Positions 18,838 through 27,272 of a stretch of 64,000 nt of DNA are shown here, in pieces. Each line of letters begins with the position of its first letter. The first letter of the stretch is position 1. The notes below the pieces were generated by a model that was given only the letters and a program-made list of their open reading frames with translations, was not told the origin of the DNA and made no database searches. Location: sequence record OQ603353.1. One strand, 5' to 3'. Both the position numbers and the translations under genes were made by a program.

Positions 18838-19227
18838 ATGAACCAGTACAAGCAGCGTACCTATATCCCGGTGACGACTGTTCCTGTGGACGTGAAGGGT
18901 AGCGAGACTGAGCAGCTGCTGGATTATCTGGCAAGCTCGATGAACAATCCTCAGTTCCGATTGTCGAAACAGATTCCTGTCAGCACTCCTGAAATGATTA
19001 CTCCGAAATACGAGTTTTCGCCGGAGATCATGAGCTATGACAAGTACGGTACTGAGTATCTGTGGTGGGTGCTATGCAGGTACAACGGCATCATCCATCC
19101 CCTCCACCCCATCCTCGGCTTCGTCGCTGGTAATTGGGTCAACGTTCCTAGCGCTGCTGACGTTACGCAGTGGCTCAAGAACATCGGTCTTGACCAGCAA
19201 CAAATTTCCCGTCTAGTAAGGGTCTAA
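18838..19227 (+). CDS. Baseplate wedge LysM-like protein (gp53-like)
   Basis: 129 aa; PEIMSYDKYGTEYLWWVLCRYNGIIHP. Confidence 0.8.
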   Translation: MNQYKQRTYIPVTTVPVDVKGSETEQLLDYLASSMNNPQFRLSKQIPVSTPEMITPKYEFSPEIMSYDKYGTEYLWWVLCRYNGIIHPLHPILGFVAGNWVNVPSAADVTQWLKNIGLDQQQISRLVRV

Positions 19228-19228
19228 C

Positions 19229-20356
19229 ATGCTCAAGTATGACAACGGGCTGGAATTGGACGTTACCATTGGTGGCGTCCAGCTTCCTGACAATGAGTTC
19301 TCGTTTCACCACCTGTCCCTAGTCAGTGACACTCGGTATTTCTTGCCGATGATGTTCATGCAGTTCGCTGACCAAGGCGACATTCTTCGGAAGGCTGGCG
19401 TTACCCTGTTTGACGCCGTACCCATTGTCATTAGCTTGGGCACTGGCGATCAGAAAAGGAACTACGAGTTCCGCCTCCACCGTCCTGAGCAAGTCACCAG
19501 CGGCAACCTGACCATCTACAAAATGAGCGGGTATCTAGATGCCCCCAAGTACCTAGCTGAGTCTCAGAACATTGGCTACACGGGTACTAGCTCTGAAATC
19601 ATCAGTCAAATCGGTGAACGTAGCGGCCTCACGCCACAGGTTGAGGATACCACCGACAACCAACGATGGTGGCAGGCCAACCGCCGCAATGCTGAGTTCG
19701 TTCGCTACATGGCCCAGCATGGATACAAGTCAGATGATTCCCTCATGTGTACGGGTGTGCGCTTCGACCGCTCCTTGCGATACATGGATCTAAACGCCAT
19801 CGAGCCGCGAGATATGTGGCTGAGTTACACAAAGATGGACCAAAACGTCGTTACAATCGTTGACCACCGATTTAACGATCCTATGGGTGGGAATAATTTG
19901 ATTAGGGGATACAGGAGTCGCACGGTAGATCAGAAGGTGAACACTCCCGACACTAACTACAACGACACCACCATCAATCCCCGTGCTTCTACCGTGAGTA
20001 TGAACCTGGACCTACAGTCTCAGATTCAGCGTGGCAAGGTCGAGTTCTCACCGCTGTACGCTCCGGGTCAGGTGCACGATAACTGGGCCAAGGCCCGCCA
20101 CCAAAACCTGCGCGGTCGCTACCTCAACAACTCGATCTGCGTTGCGCTGACCACTAACCAATCTAATCTGGACCTGTTTGATAGCGTCAAGATCGACAGT
20201 AGCTTGTCGATCCGAGACAACACTATCGGTGACGGCCAGAACAACAGCCGGGAAGGTCAGTACATCGTGGCAGGCAAGGAAATCATGCTTGTCGGTCGCA
20301 ACTACGGCGAGAAGATCAAACTGATGCGCGGCGGTATGAACGGAGAGAGTCAATGA
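19229..20356 (+). CDS. Baseplate hub protein (gp27/Mu gp44-like)
   Basis: 375 aa between the gp53-like and spike genes; TSSEIISQI, C-terminal GQYIVAGKEI hub pattern. Confidence 0.72.
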   Translation: MLKYDNGLELDVTIGGVQLPDNEFSFHHLSLVSDTRYFLPMMFMQFADQGDILRKAGVTLFDAVPIVISLGTGDQKRNYEFRLHRPEQVTSGNLTIYKMSGYLDAPKYLAESQNIGYTGTSSEIISQIGERSGLTPQVEDTTDNQRWWQANRRNAEFVRYMAQHGYKSDDSLMCTGVRFDRSLRYMDLNAIEPRDMWLSYTKMDQNVVTIVDHRFNDPMGGNNLIRGYRSRTVDQKVNTPDTNYNDTTINPRASTVSMNLDLQSQIQRGKVEFSPLYAPGQVHDNWAKARHQNLRGRYLNNSICVALTTNQSNLDLFDSVKIDSSLSIRDNTIGDGQNNSREGQYIVAGKEIMLVGRNYGEKIKLMRGGMNGESQ

Positions 20357-21090
20357 GTATCGGTATGGGCGTCCGTGAATCGGACAGCTACAAGGGCATT
20401 ATTTTCTATGGCAAGGTAGTGGACAACAATGACCCCGAACAGCTACGGCGTGTACGTGTCCATATCCCCGAGGTCTACGGTGATACCCCTCCCGAGGAAT
20501 TGCCGTGGGCCTTCCCCAAATGTCCTCCTAGCGGCACTGGCCAAAGTAGCACCTTCGGTAGCTACGGTGTGTTGGACGTAGACAGCGAAGTATGGGTGGA
20601 GTTCCAGCAAGGCGATCCCCACTTCCCTATGGTGATTGGCGTAGCCTTGCGCGCCGACCTTCGGAAGCAGACTGAGCTAGTCAACTATCCCCACCGCTAC
20701 GGCCTTGACGATTCCAAGGGTAACTGGATCATCGTTGACAAGCTGACAGGCGACGTGGAGATTGGCCACTTCTCTGATACCCGTGTTCGCATCGAGCCTA
20801 ACGGCAACCTGCACATCACTTCGGTAGCCAATCAAACGATCACGGTTGAACAGAATCAAGAGACCGAAATCAAGGGCAACGCTACAGTGCAGGTGAAAGG
20901 TAACGTCAACGTCACCGTGAACGGCAATGCGGAAATGAAGGTCGATGGGGCTATGAAGGCTAACATCGGTCAGAACCTCCAAGCTACTGTGGGTGGTAGT
21001 GCCACTGCCCAGGTTACTGGTCCTGCAACTATCAATTCAGCAGTCAAGATTTCGCTCAACGCACCAACGGTAAGTATCAACGGAGCATAA
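20353..21090 (+). CDS. Baseplate central spike (gp5/gpV-like OB-fold plus beta-helix)
   Basis: GKVVDNNDPEQLRRVRVHIP, VWVEFQQGDPHFP, then 8-residue V.GN repeats. Confidence 0.9.
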   Translation: MSIGMGVRESDSYKGIIFYGKVVDNNDPEQLRRVRVHIPEVYGDTPPEELPWAFPKCPPSGTGQSSTFGSYGVLDVDSEVWVEFQQGDPHFPMVIGVALRADLRKQTELVNYPHRYGLDDSKGNWIIVDKLTGDVEIGHFSDTRVRIEPNGNLHITSVANQTITVEQNQETEIKGNATVQVKGNVNVTVNGNAEMKVDGAMKANIGQNLQATVGGSATAQVTGPATINSAVKISLNAPTVSINGA

Positions 21091-21091
21091 G

Positions 21092-22024
21092 ATGGGAACG
21101 ATCACCATTTCAGTGACAGAGCCTTTGCCTACGTTCGACAGTCTGTATCAGGCAATGCTCCCGAATCTGACGTTCCCGCCAACCGGGTTCCAGTGGCCTC
21201 CCGCCCTCCCCGGCATCCCTACCATGTTCCCTTCTATCAGCTGCCCTAACATGAGTGGCGTCATGGCAATGGGCCAGCTGATGACCGAACAGCTGCTTAC
21301 GTCTGCGTTCATGATGATTAAGCCTATCTCGGAATTCCTAGGCTTGGCAATGTCTGCCATTCCCAAGATTCCCATCCTGAACATTGGCGTAGACCAGCTG
21401 CTAACTATGTCGGGTGACGATTTGATCGCGGCAGTAAAAGGCGCAATGCCTTCGCTACCCAATCTCTATTTCTCTCTCGACATACCGGACATCAACATCG
21501 TGCAGTGGCTGACGCAGCTGAAGTCTAGCTATCTAATGTCGCTAGCTGGATACTTGCAAAACATCATCAAGCAGGTGACAGACAAGATCAAAATTCCGGG
21601 CATGCCCACGTTGCCTACCATCCCCACGATGGAGGACGTGAAGCAAATGCTGATAGATCAGATTCCTCCTCCGATCAATGACCTTCGCAACGTTGACCTC
21701 AACGCGCTGTTGGCCAACATCAGCATCCCAGGCATCCCCTTCGATTTCTCGTTGCCATCGCCTTTTATCCCCAACATTTCGATGCCTGAGATTGATTTCA
21801 ACGAAATGATTTCGGGGCTGTACAATAGCATCGTCATGATGCCGATGAAGACAATGCAGGACTTCATCATGGACAAACTAAGTAGTGTGATTTCCCTCCA
21901 GCTGCCTACGCTGGTTTTGGTCATTCCCACTATTGAAATCCCCATTCCGGAAATCCCCATCCCTGTTATCCCGCCACTGCCTAGCATCCCGGACCTGCCT
22001 CCGCTCACCATTCGAGGCCCTTGA
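21092..22024 (+). CDS. Pro/Ile/Met-rich protein with three internal repeats, putative spike-tip protein
   Basis: 310 aa; directly after the spike where PAAR genes usually sit; repeats LP.P..P.IS.P.I plus amphipathic helix. Confidence 0.55.
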   Translation: MGTITISVTEPLPTFDSLYQAMLPNLTFPPTGFQWPPALPGIPTMFPSISCPNMSGVMAMGQLMTEQLLTSAFMMIKPISEFLGLAMSAIPKIPILNIGVDQLLTMSGDDLIAAVKGAMPSLPNLYFSLDIPDINIVQWLTQLKSSYLMSLAGYLQNIIKQVTDKIKIPGMPTLPTIPTMEDVKQMLIDQIPPPINDLRNVDLNALLANISIPGIPFDFSLPSPFIPNISMPEIDFNEMISGLYNSIVMMPMKTMQDFIMDKLSSVISLQLPTLVLVIPTIEIPIPEIPIPVIPPLPSIPDLPPLTIRGP

Positions 22025-22025
22025 A

Positions 22026-22967
22026 ATGCCTGTATCTAATCCACCTACCTTGTTGAGTGTCATTGCAGAGTTCGGAGGCCCTAACAATCTTGGGGCCTAT
22101 TACCGCAAAGGTCCATACGTACCTGACGGTCCTCCGCAGAATGCCAACATCAGTGATACGCCGGGCGGTCTTCGTCTCAGTCAGTTTGCGGGTGCGGTCA
22201 AGTACAATCTCAGTGCGTCCCTGAATCGCACGACCGCCAACACCAGTGGTAGTGGCAACAGCCAGTCGGGACGTGTCCTAACTCCACAGCTGATTGTTTA
22301 CCCCGTTAACGGCAGCGGCAACTACAGCTACTACTGGAACTACACCGCAGGCGTCCCTGTTAGCGGAAATACCAGTAGTACGTTCCAGCTGTACGCTGAT
22401 CTCAACAATGGTCAGAACATTTCTGGCAACGGTAACTGCGTGGTTACCGATAACGTCACTGGTCAGAATGCGATCCCTAGCTTTACGTTCTACCTAAGCT
22501 GGACGTATGAACGCCCACCCACCTGTGTTGTCATGGAAGCATACCTGCACGATGGAAAGCAGGCAGGCATGTACAACTCCAACGATCCTCTGCTGTTGGT
22601 CGATCCATACGCAAGGACTTCGGAGACGCTGAACATCGTAGATGCGCAGACCTTCACCCGAGAGTGTGTGACCTTGGTTACTGCCAATGGCTCACGCCTA
22701 ACGTGCTCCACCACTGCACCTATTCCAGTCAAAGCCGACTCGGAAACGCTGGTTCGTGCGGTGGATGCTCTAGGCCACCACGTTGCTACTACCACACGCC
22801 CTAACGACGTGATCCCATCGGTCACTTGGGATAAGGTAGTGCGTGTGCTGCCTGCTGGTGAGCGTGCTGTCCGCAATATCTACATCTACGACAAGTGCTT
22901 CTGGGCTTCGGATGACAATCGTTCGTTCATCCTCCATCACAACACGACTGGTAAGCAGATCATATGA
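22026..22967 (+). CDS. Fibre-tip adhesin A with C-terminal Hint (intein-like) domain
   Basis: ATG 22026; N-terminal SNPPTL.SV..EFGG docking domain; Hint from Cys 22524 (CVVMEAYL) to HHN 22943, followed by TTGKQII. Confidence 0.75.
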   Translation: MPVSNPPTLLSVIAEFGGPNNLGAYYRKGPYVPDGPPQNANISDTPGGLRLSQFAGAVKYNLSASLNRTTANTSGSGNSQSGRVLTPQLIVYPVNGSGNYSYYWNYTAGVPVSGNTSSTFQLYADLNNGQNISGNGNCVVTDNVTGQNAIPSFTFYLSWTYERPPTCVVMEAYLHDGKQAGMYNSNDPLLLVDPYARTSETLNIVDAQTFTRECVTLVTANGSRLTCSTTAPIPVKADSETLVRAVDALGHHVATTTRPNDVIPSVTWDKVVRVLPAGERAVRNIYIYDKCFWASDDNRSFILHHNTTGKQII

Positions 22968-23569
22968 TCGTCAACAAAGAACCACGCACCGCTACTCCGA
23001 TGAATTGGTTGCCTACGTACTACCTCAGTCGGATGTTTAACGCAGAAGAGTGCGCCACCATCATCAAGGAGTCAGAGGACTCCGGACTGTTTGTGCAAGG
23101 CCGCACCATTGGCGACAATAACGTGACTGTAACAGAGCAAGGCCGTCAGGTGGCCATTATCCGACTGGCTGGAGGTACGCTGTACGAAATGATGCGCCAA
23201 CGGATACTGGAACGGCTGCCTGACCTAAACTCCTGCTATCAGTTTGAACTGTTCGGCGCAGATGAAGTCTTCAAGGAAATCCATATCCTGAAGTACGTGG
23301 AAGGTAATTTCCACGGTGAACATTTGGACCTCGCCGGTTACGAGGAAATGTGCAACCGGAAGCTCAGCCTCATCGTCCAGTTGAATCCGGATTACGAGGG
23401 CGGTGAATTAGTCCTCTACAACTCTTATCCCGAGAAACCTCTGACCAATAGCAAGCAGGCTGGCGACGCAGTGGTGTTCCCTGCATGGATGCCGCACGAA
23501 GTAAGACCTGTTGACTACGGGACTAGATACGTTCTTGTGGTTTGGTTGCGAGGCCCTAAATTTAGATAG
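22964..23569 (+). CDS. 2OG-Fe(II) oxygenase (prolyl-hydroxylase-like), catalytic motifs intact
   Basis: HLD (HxD), RKLSLIVQL, YEGGEL, VFPAWMPHEV (distal His), GTRYVLV.W (2OG-binding Arg). Confidence 0.9.
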   Translation: MIVNKEPRTATPMNWLPTYYLSRMFNAEECATIIKESEDSGLFVQGRTIGDNNVTVTEQGRQVAIIRLAGGTLYEMMRQRILERLPDLNSCYQFELFGADEVFKEIHILKYVEGNFHGEHLDLAGYEEMCNRKLSLIVQLNPDYEGGELVLYNSYPEKPLTNSKQAGDAVVFPAWMPHEVRPVDYGTRYVLVVWLRGPKFR

Positions 23570-23579
23570 GGAGGTACTC

Positions 23580-24167
23580 ATGGCCGTATCAAACCCACCA
23601 ACATTGGTGAGCGTGCGTAACGAATTCGGTGGCAACGGAAATCTCCGTGCCTACACACGAGGCGGTGGCCTTGTTCCAGATGGGCCTGCGCAGAATGCGA
23701 ACATCAGCAAAACTCCGGACGGTTTGCGGCTTAGTCAATTTGCAGGAGCAACTAAAATCACTGCACAGTTGACCGACATTTATGCGCAGCAGTCCTACTA
23801 CGGACAATCGGGTCAAGACAACACTGCTTCTGCCACCATCCAGTTTAGTACCGATGGCAACATCTACTACACATGGGGTATGGGAGCTTTGCAGACGTAC
23901 CGATGGTTGGCTGGCGGTAATGCAAGTGATTTTGACGTAGAAGGATTTAATCAGCAGATCGCAGGTAACGGTCAAACCTCGGGCACGATGAATCGTCAGA
24001 ATTTGGGTGGTTCTCCCCGATGGTCATGTTCCGCTGCAACCCGATTTGGTTTTGTTGATTCTTCCATGTCATTTGGCTGCCGAATCTACCAAGCGGGTAC
24101 TGGTAACGTTATCGCTACAGCGAATTTCAGTATTTATGCCGCCGCCTCAGATGGTAGCATCGGATAG
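23580..24167 (+). CDS. Fibre-tip adhesin B (no Hint domain)
   Basis: ATG 23580 with GGGAGG RBS; first ~57 aa closely match the N-terminus of 22026. Confidence 0.75.
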   Translation: MAVSNPPTLVSVRNEFGGNGNLRAYTRGGGLVPDGPAQNANISKTPDGLRLSQFAGATKITAQLTDIYAQQSYYGQSGQDNTASATIQFSTDGNIYYTWGMGALQTYRWLAGGNASDFDVEGFNQQIAGNGQTSGTMNRQNLGGSPRWSCSAATRFGFVDSSMSFGCRIYQAGTGNVIATANFSIYAAASDGSIG

Positions 24168-24222
24168 CAACTCCATCTTCTAGTAACAACCAAAACGTTT
24201 GACACAACAAGGGAGAAGAAAC

Positions 24223-24900
24223 ATGTTCCAAGAAAGGGACCAAACTACAGCCAAATGGAATCCCCTCTGCCACGAACAGGTCAACTTGATTAACTCTTCG
24301 CTGATCGCGCGCCTCAAGGCGAAGGCAGATGAGTATCCGGTTAACCCTTACGGTTGTGGGTGGGATAACGGCGTTCCACTGGACCTTACTGCACCAACGG
24401 CCAGTGACGCGTCGCCAGAAGCTGCGTTGATTCACGACACCCGAACACTCATCGCAGAATGCGTCCACCGCCTAGCAGGCTTCTATCCATTCGATTTGTA
24501 TTTCAAGGATGCGGCCTTTGTTGTTCCTGCCCCACAACCTTCTTCGGTACGCTTAGTGCGACTCGCTATGGGTGCGAAGCTTAATCCGCCCCACGCTGGT
24601 ACGGCGGTTGCTCCCGGCGCCACGAATCGCATTGATCTGAATACGCATAGTCAGGCTCATCAGAAGATTCATATGATGATCCCGCTCTCTGCTTACGAAG
24701 GTAACGACGTGTTCTTCCCCTTCTTCGATCCGAACTTGCAGGAATGGAAAGACGTGTCGCCCACCATCACTAACGCACGGGCTGACTGGACAGGCATCAC
24801 GTTGTCATGGCCTGCGTGGCGGTTGTGTAGGTTCAGTCCCGTCGAGGACGGCGAAGCCTACCTCCTGCTAGTCACGTTGTACGGACCTCGCTTCCAGTAA
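24223..24900 (+). CDS. 2OG-Fe(II) oxygenase-like paralogue lacking catalytic residues
   Basis: Aligns to 22964 (YEG, WPAW, PV..G, L.V.L.GPRF) but HxD is PHAG, distal His is absent (WRLCRF), and the Arg is lost (EAYLL). Confidence 0.7.
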   Translation: MFQERDQTTAKWNPLCHEQVNLINSSLIARLKAKADEYPVNPYGCGWDNGVPLDLTAPTASDASPEAALIHDTRTLIAECVHRLAGFYPFDLYFKDAAFVVPAPQPSSVRLVRLAMGAKLNPPHAGTAVAPGATNRIDLNTHSQAHQKIHMMIPLSAYEGNDVFFPFFDPNLQEWKDVSPTITNARADWTGITLSWPAWRLCRFSPVEDGEAYLLLVTLYGPRFQ

Positions 24901-24926
24901 GTGCCCACATCTAATTCGGAACCAAC

Positions 24927-25331
24927 ATGGCAACCACCAACAACATCCTGTTTAGTGACTTCAACACGCTAGTCGGGTTGAATAACAAGCAAGCCATCGT
25001 CATCAATGATGATGCAGTTGCCAATGTGGTGCTCAACATTGTTCTGATCCAGAAGCGCAGCCGTAAGTTTCGGATTGGGTATGGAGCATCAAGTCACTTC
25101 TTCCTGCAAAAGCAGGTGACTGCTGAGAACGCGGAGAAGTACAGGATGACCCTCTACCAAGACCTGACCAAATGGGCCGGGTCTGTAGCCAAGTTTGATA
25201 TGGCGGGCATCCAAGTGAAGCCTCTCCAGAATTACGACGGTTACGGAGTGGTCATCCTGTACAAGTCCAACCTTTCGGGTTACTACAATCAGGTTTCAGT
25301 CCAGCTGCCGTCCACCTCGGTGGCACGCTAA
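24927..25331 (+). CDS. Baseplate wedge subunit gp25-like
   Basis: 134 aa; DAVANVVLNIVL...SRKFRIGYGAS gp25/gpW-like pattern; upstream of gp6-like gene. Confidence 0.75.
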   Translation: MATTNNILFSDFNTLVGLNNKQAIVINDDAVANVVLNIVLIQKRSRKFRIGYGASSHFFLQKQVTAENAEKYRMTLYQDLTKWAGSVAKFDMAGIQVKPLQNYDGYGVVILYKSNLSGYYNQVSVQLPSTSVAR

Positions 25332-25404
25332 TACCGAAAATAGGGCCAAAATAGGCCCACAGCACCCTACCCACAGGGCGCCAAATTTAGAGGCTCCAGC
25401 TTCC

Positions 25405-25452
25405 ATCTACGACCCCAATCCTTGCGTCAAAACGCATAGTTGGGGCGTAGAT
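25405..25452 (+). promoter_or_regulatory. Nested stem-loop in the gp25-gp6 intergenic leader
   Basis: ATCTACG(A)CCCCAA pairs with TTGGGGCGTAGAT (13 bp, 1 bulge) and encloses TGCGT-CAAA-ACGCA. Confidence 0.55.
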
Positions 25453-25514
25453 TTTGGCTACATTTTCCACTCCCCAACCCTCATTTTCCTATGGCCACTG
25501 ACCGGAATTCAACC

Positions 25515-27272
25515 ATGACAACTGTAACCGCGTTGTCCAATATCCGCCCTGACTTCGATGACATTGCAGCACAGCTGGGATCGAGTCTGACGCGCAAGGC
25601 GAACTGGGCTCCGCTGCTTCCTACTCAGACTGCAAGCCTCTTGATTGAAGGCGTGGCCGCCGCCACTGCGTTCCTGCAAACCGGTGTGCAGAACAGCTTT
25701 GAAGAAACGTTCCCTCAGACCGCCCGTATGCCTTCGAGCCTGCGGGCGTCTGCGCGTCGGCTCGGTGTCCGTCTGACGCGCAAGTCCCCTGCACAGACTC
25801 GGGTACGGCTCACGCGAGCCACCGCAGCCACGTCCGTCCTGATCCCTGAGTTCTCGGCCTTCCAAGCGCCGGGTGTGTCTCTGTTCAACCGCTCTGCCAT
25901 ACTGTTCCCCGTCGGTACCCTCTCCGCTGAATTCGACTTGTACGAAGGCTTTATCACTCAGGTTTCGTACACGGGTCAAGGTGCTGACAGTCAGATGATC
26001 GTTGTATCTGTCCCCGGCTTCACCATCAGCAACATGGACGTGCGGGTCACTGTCAGTGGCCGTCCGCTGCAAGTGGTGACTGATGGCATCTGGCACTACC
26101 CCATCACGAACAGTGGCGATCCTAACTACGTGGTATCGGACAACACGCTGCCTACGGGCGAGCTTCTGCTTGAGTTCGGTAACACTCAGTTCGGCATGAT
26201 CCCTCAGCGTGGTGCGCAGATTCTTGTGTCCTATGCTGTGACCAATGGTACCTCCGGCAACAACGTACAGTTTGAGAATCAGCGCATCACGTACTCGGCC
26301 AACGGTGTTGAGTTCACTGGCAGCGCGCTTACTCCACTCACCGGAGGTACTGACGAACTTGACGCAGAGCAGTACCGCGATAGTCCGTTGATCTACGCGT
26401 CCTACGAGCGCGCGGTTGCTATTCCAGACATGCCTGCTATTGCTACGAAGTATCCCGGCGTTGTCGATGCCATCTTCCTTGGTCAGAAGGACATTGCTCC
26501 GAACCTCAAGGAATTCATGAACGTCGTCTACACTTACGTTCTGATGGATACGGGTTCTCAGATTTCTGCTGCGCAGTACACGGACTTCCTCAAGTGGTGG
26601 CAGCCGCGCTCGATGCCTCTTGAATACGTCCGCCAAACCGCCAAGCAGATTGCAGTGGACGTTGCAGGCACCATCTACATCACGGGTCAGGGCGATCCGG
26701 ATTCCATCTTGGCCAAGGCGCGCGCAGCAGTTGCCAAACTGTTCACTGCACGCCAAGGTTACTTGGGTCGCGATCTGTACGTGGACGACCTTATTGACTC
26801 CATCCGTACTTCGGACCCTTACGTTGACCACGTTACCCTGACTTCACCCACCGCTGACGTTATCTGTAAGATCAACGCACCGCAGGCCCCTACTGTTACC
26901 CCGGCTACTGGCGGTACGCTCCCCAACGGTACGTACATCTATTCGGTGTCTGCTGTCTCCAATCTCAGCCCTGTGCAAGAAACGTTCGCTTCGGTGAATG
27001 GTGCGGTGACGCTGACGGGAACGAACAACGCCGCACGTATCAAGTGGAATGCAGTGGCAGGTGCTGTGCAATACAAGGTGTACGGGCGCACTGCTTCCCA
27101 AGAAATGTTCCTTCTGGCCACGGTCAGCGCATCTTCTGCGCTTGAATTCTTGGACACGGGTTCTGTTACTACTGGCGCTGCTGTCAACAAGATCAACACT
27201 GCGGGTATCTCTTACGTTACCCTCAACAATACGAACTTGCAGGTGGCGTTCACTGATCGAGTAGGTGTCTGA
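25515..27272 (+). CDS. Baseplate wedge protein gp6/gpJ-like with Fn3-like insertion near the C-terminus
   Basis: ETFPQTARMPSSL, LLEFGN..FGMIP, GGTDE.D.EQYR, ERAV..D motifs. Start could be 25491 or 25515. Confidence 0.88.
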   Translation: MTTVTALSNIRPDFDDIAAQLGSSLTRKANWAPLLPTQTASLLIEGVAAATAFLQTGVQNSFEETFPQTARMPSSLRASARRLGVRLTRKSPAQTRVRLTRATAATSVLIPEFSAFQAPGVSLFNRSAILFPVGTLSAEFDLYEGFITQVSYTGQGADSQMIVVSVPGFTISNMDVRVTVSGRPLQVVTDGIWHYPITNSGDPNYVVSDNTLPTGELLLEFGNTQFGMIPQRGAQILVSYAVTNGTSGNNVQFENQRITYSANGVEFTGSALTPLTGGTDELDAEQYRDSPLIYASYERAVAIPDMPAIATKYPGVVDAIFLGQKDIAPNLKEFMNVVYTYVLMDTGSQISAAQYTDFLKWWQPRSMPLEYVRQTAKQIAVDVAGTIYITGQGDPDSILAKARAAVAKLFTARQGYLGRDLYVDDLIDSIRTSDPYVDHVTLTSPTADVICKINAPQAPTVTPATGGTLPNGTYIYSVSAVSNLSPVQETFASVNGAVTLTGTNNAARIKWNAVAGAVQYKVYGRTASQEMFLLATVSASSALEFLDTGSVTTGAAVNKINTAGISYVTLNNTNLQVAFTDRVGV

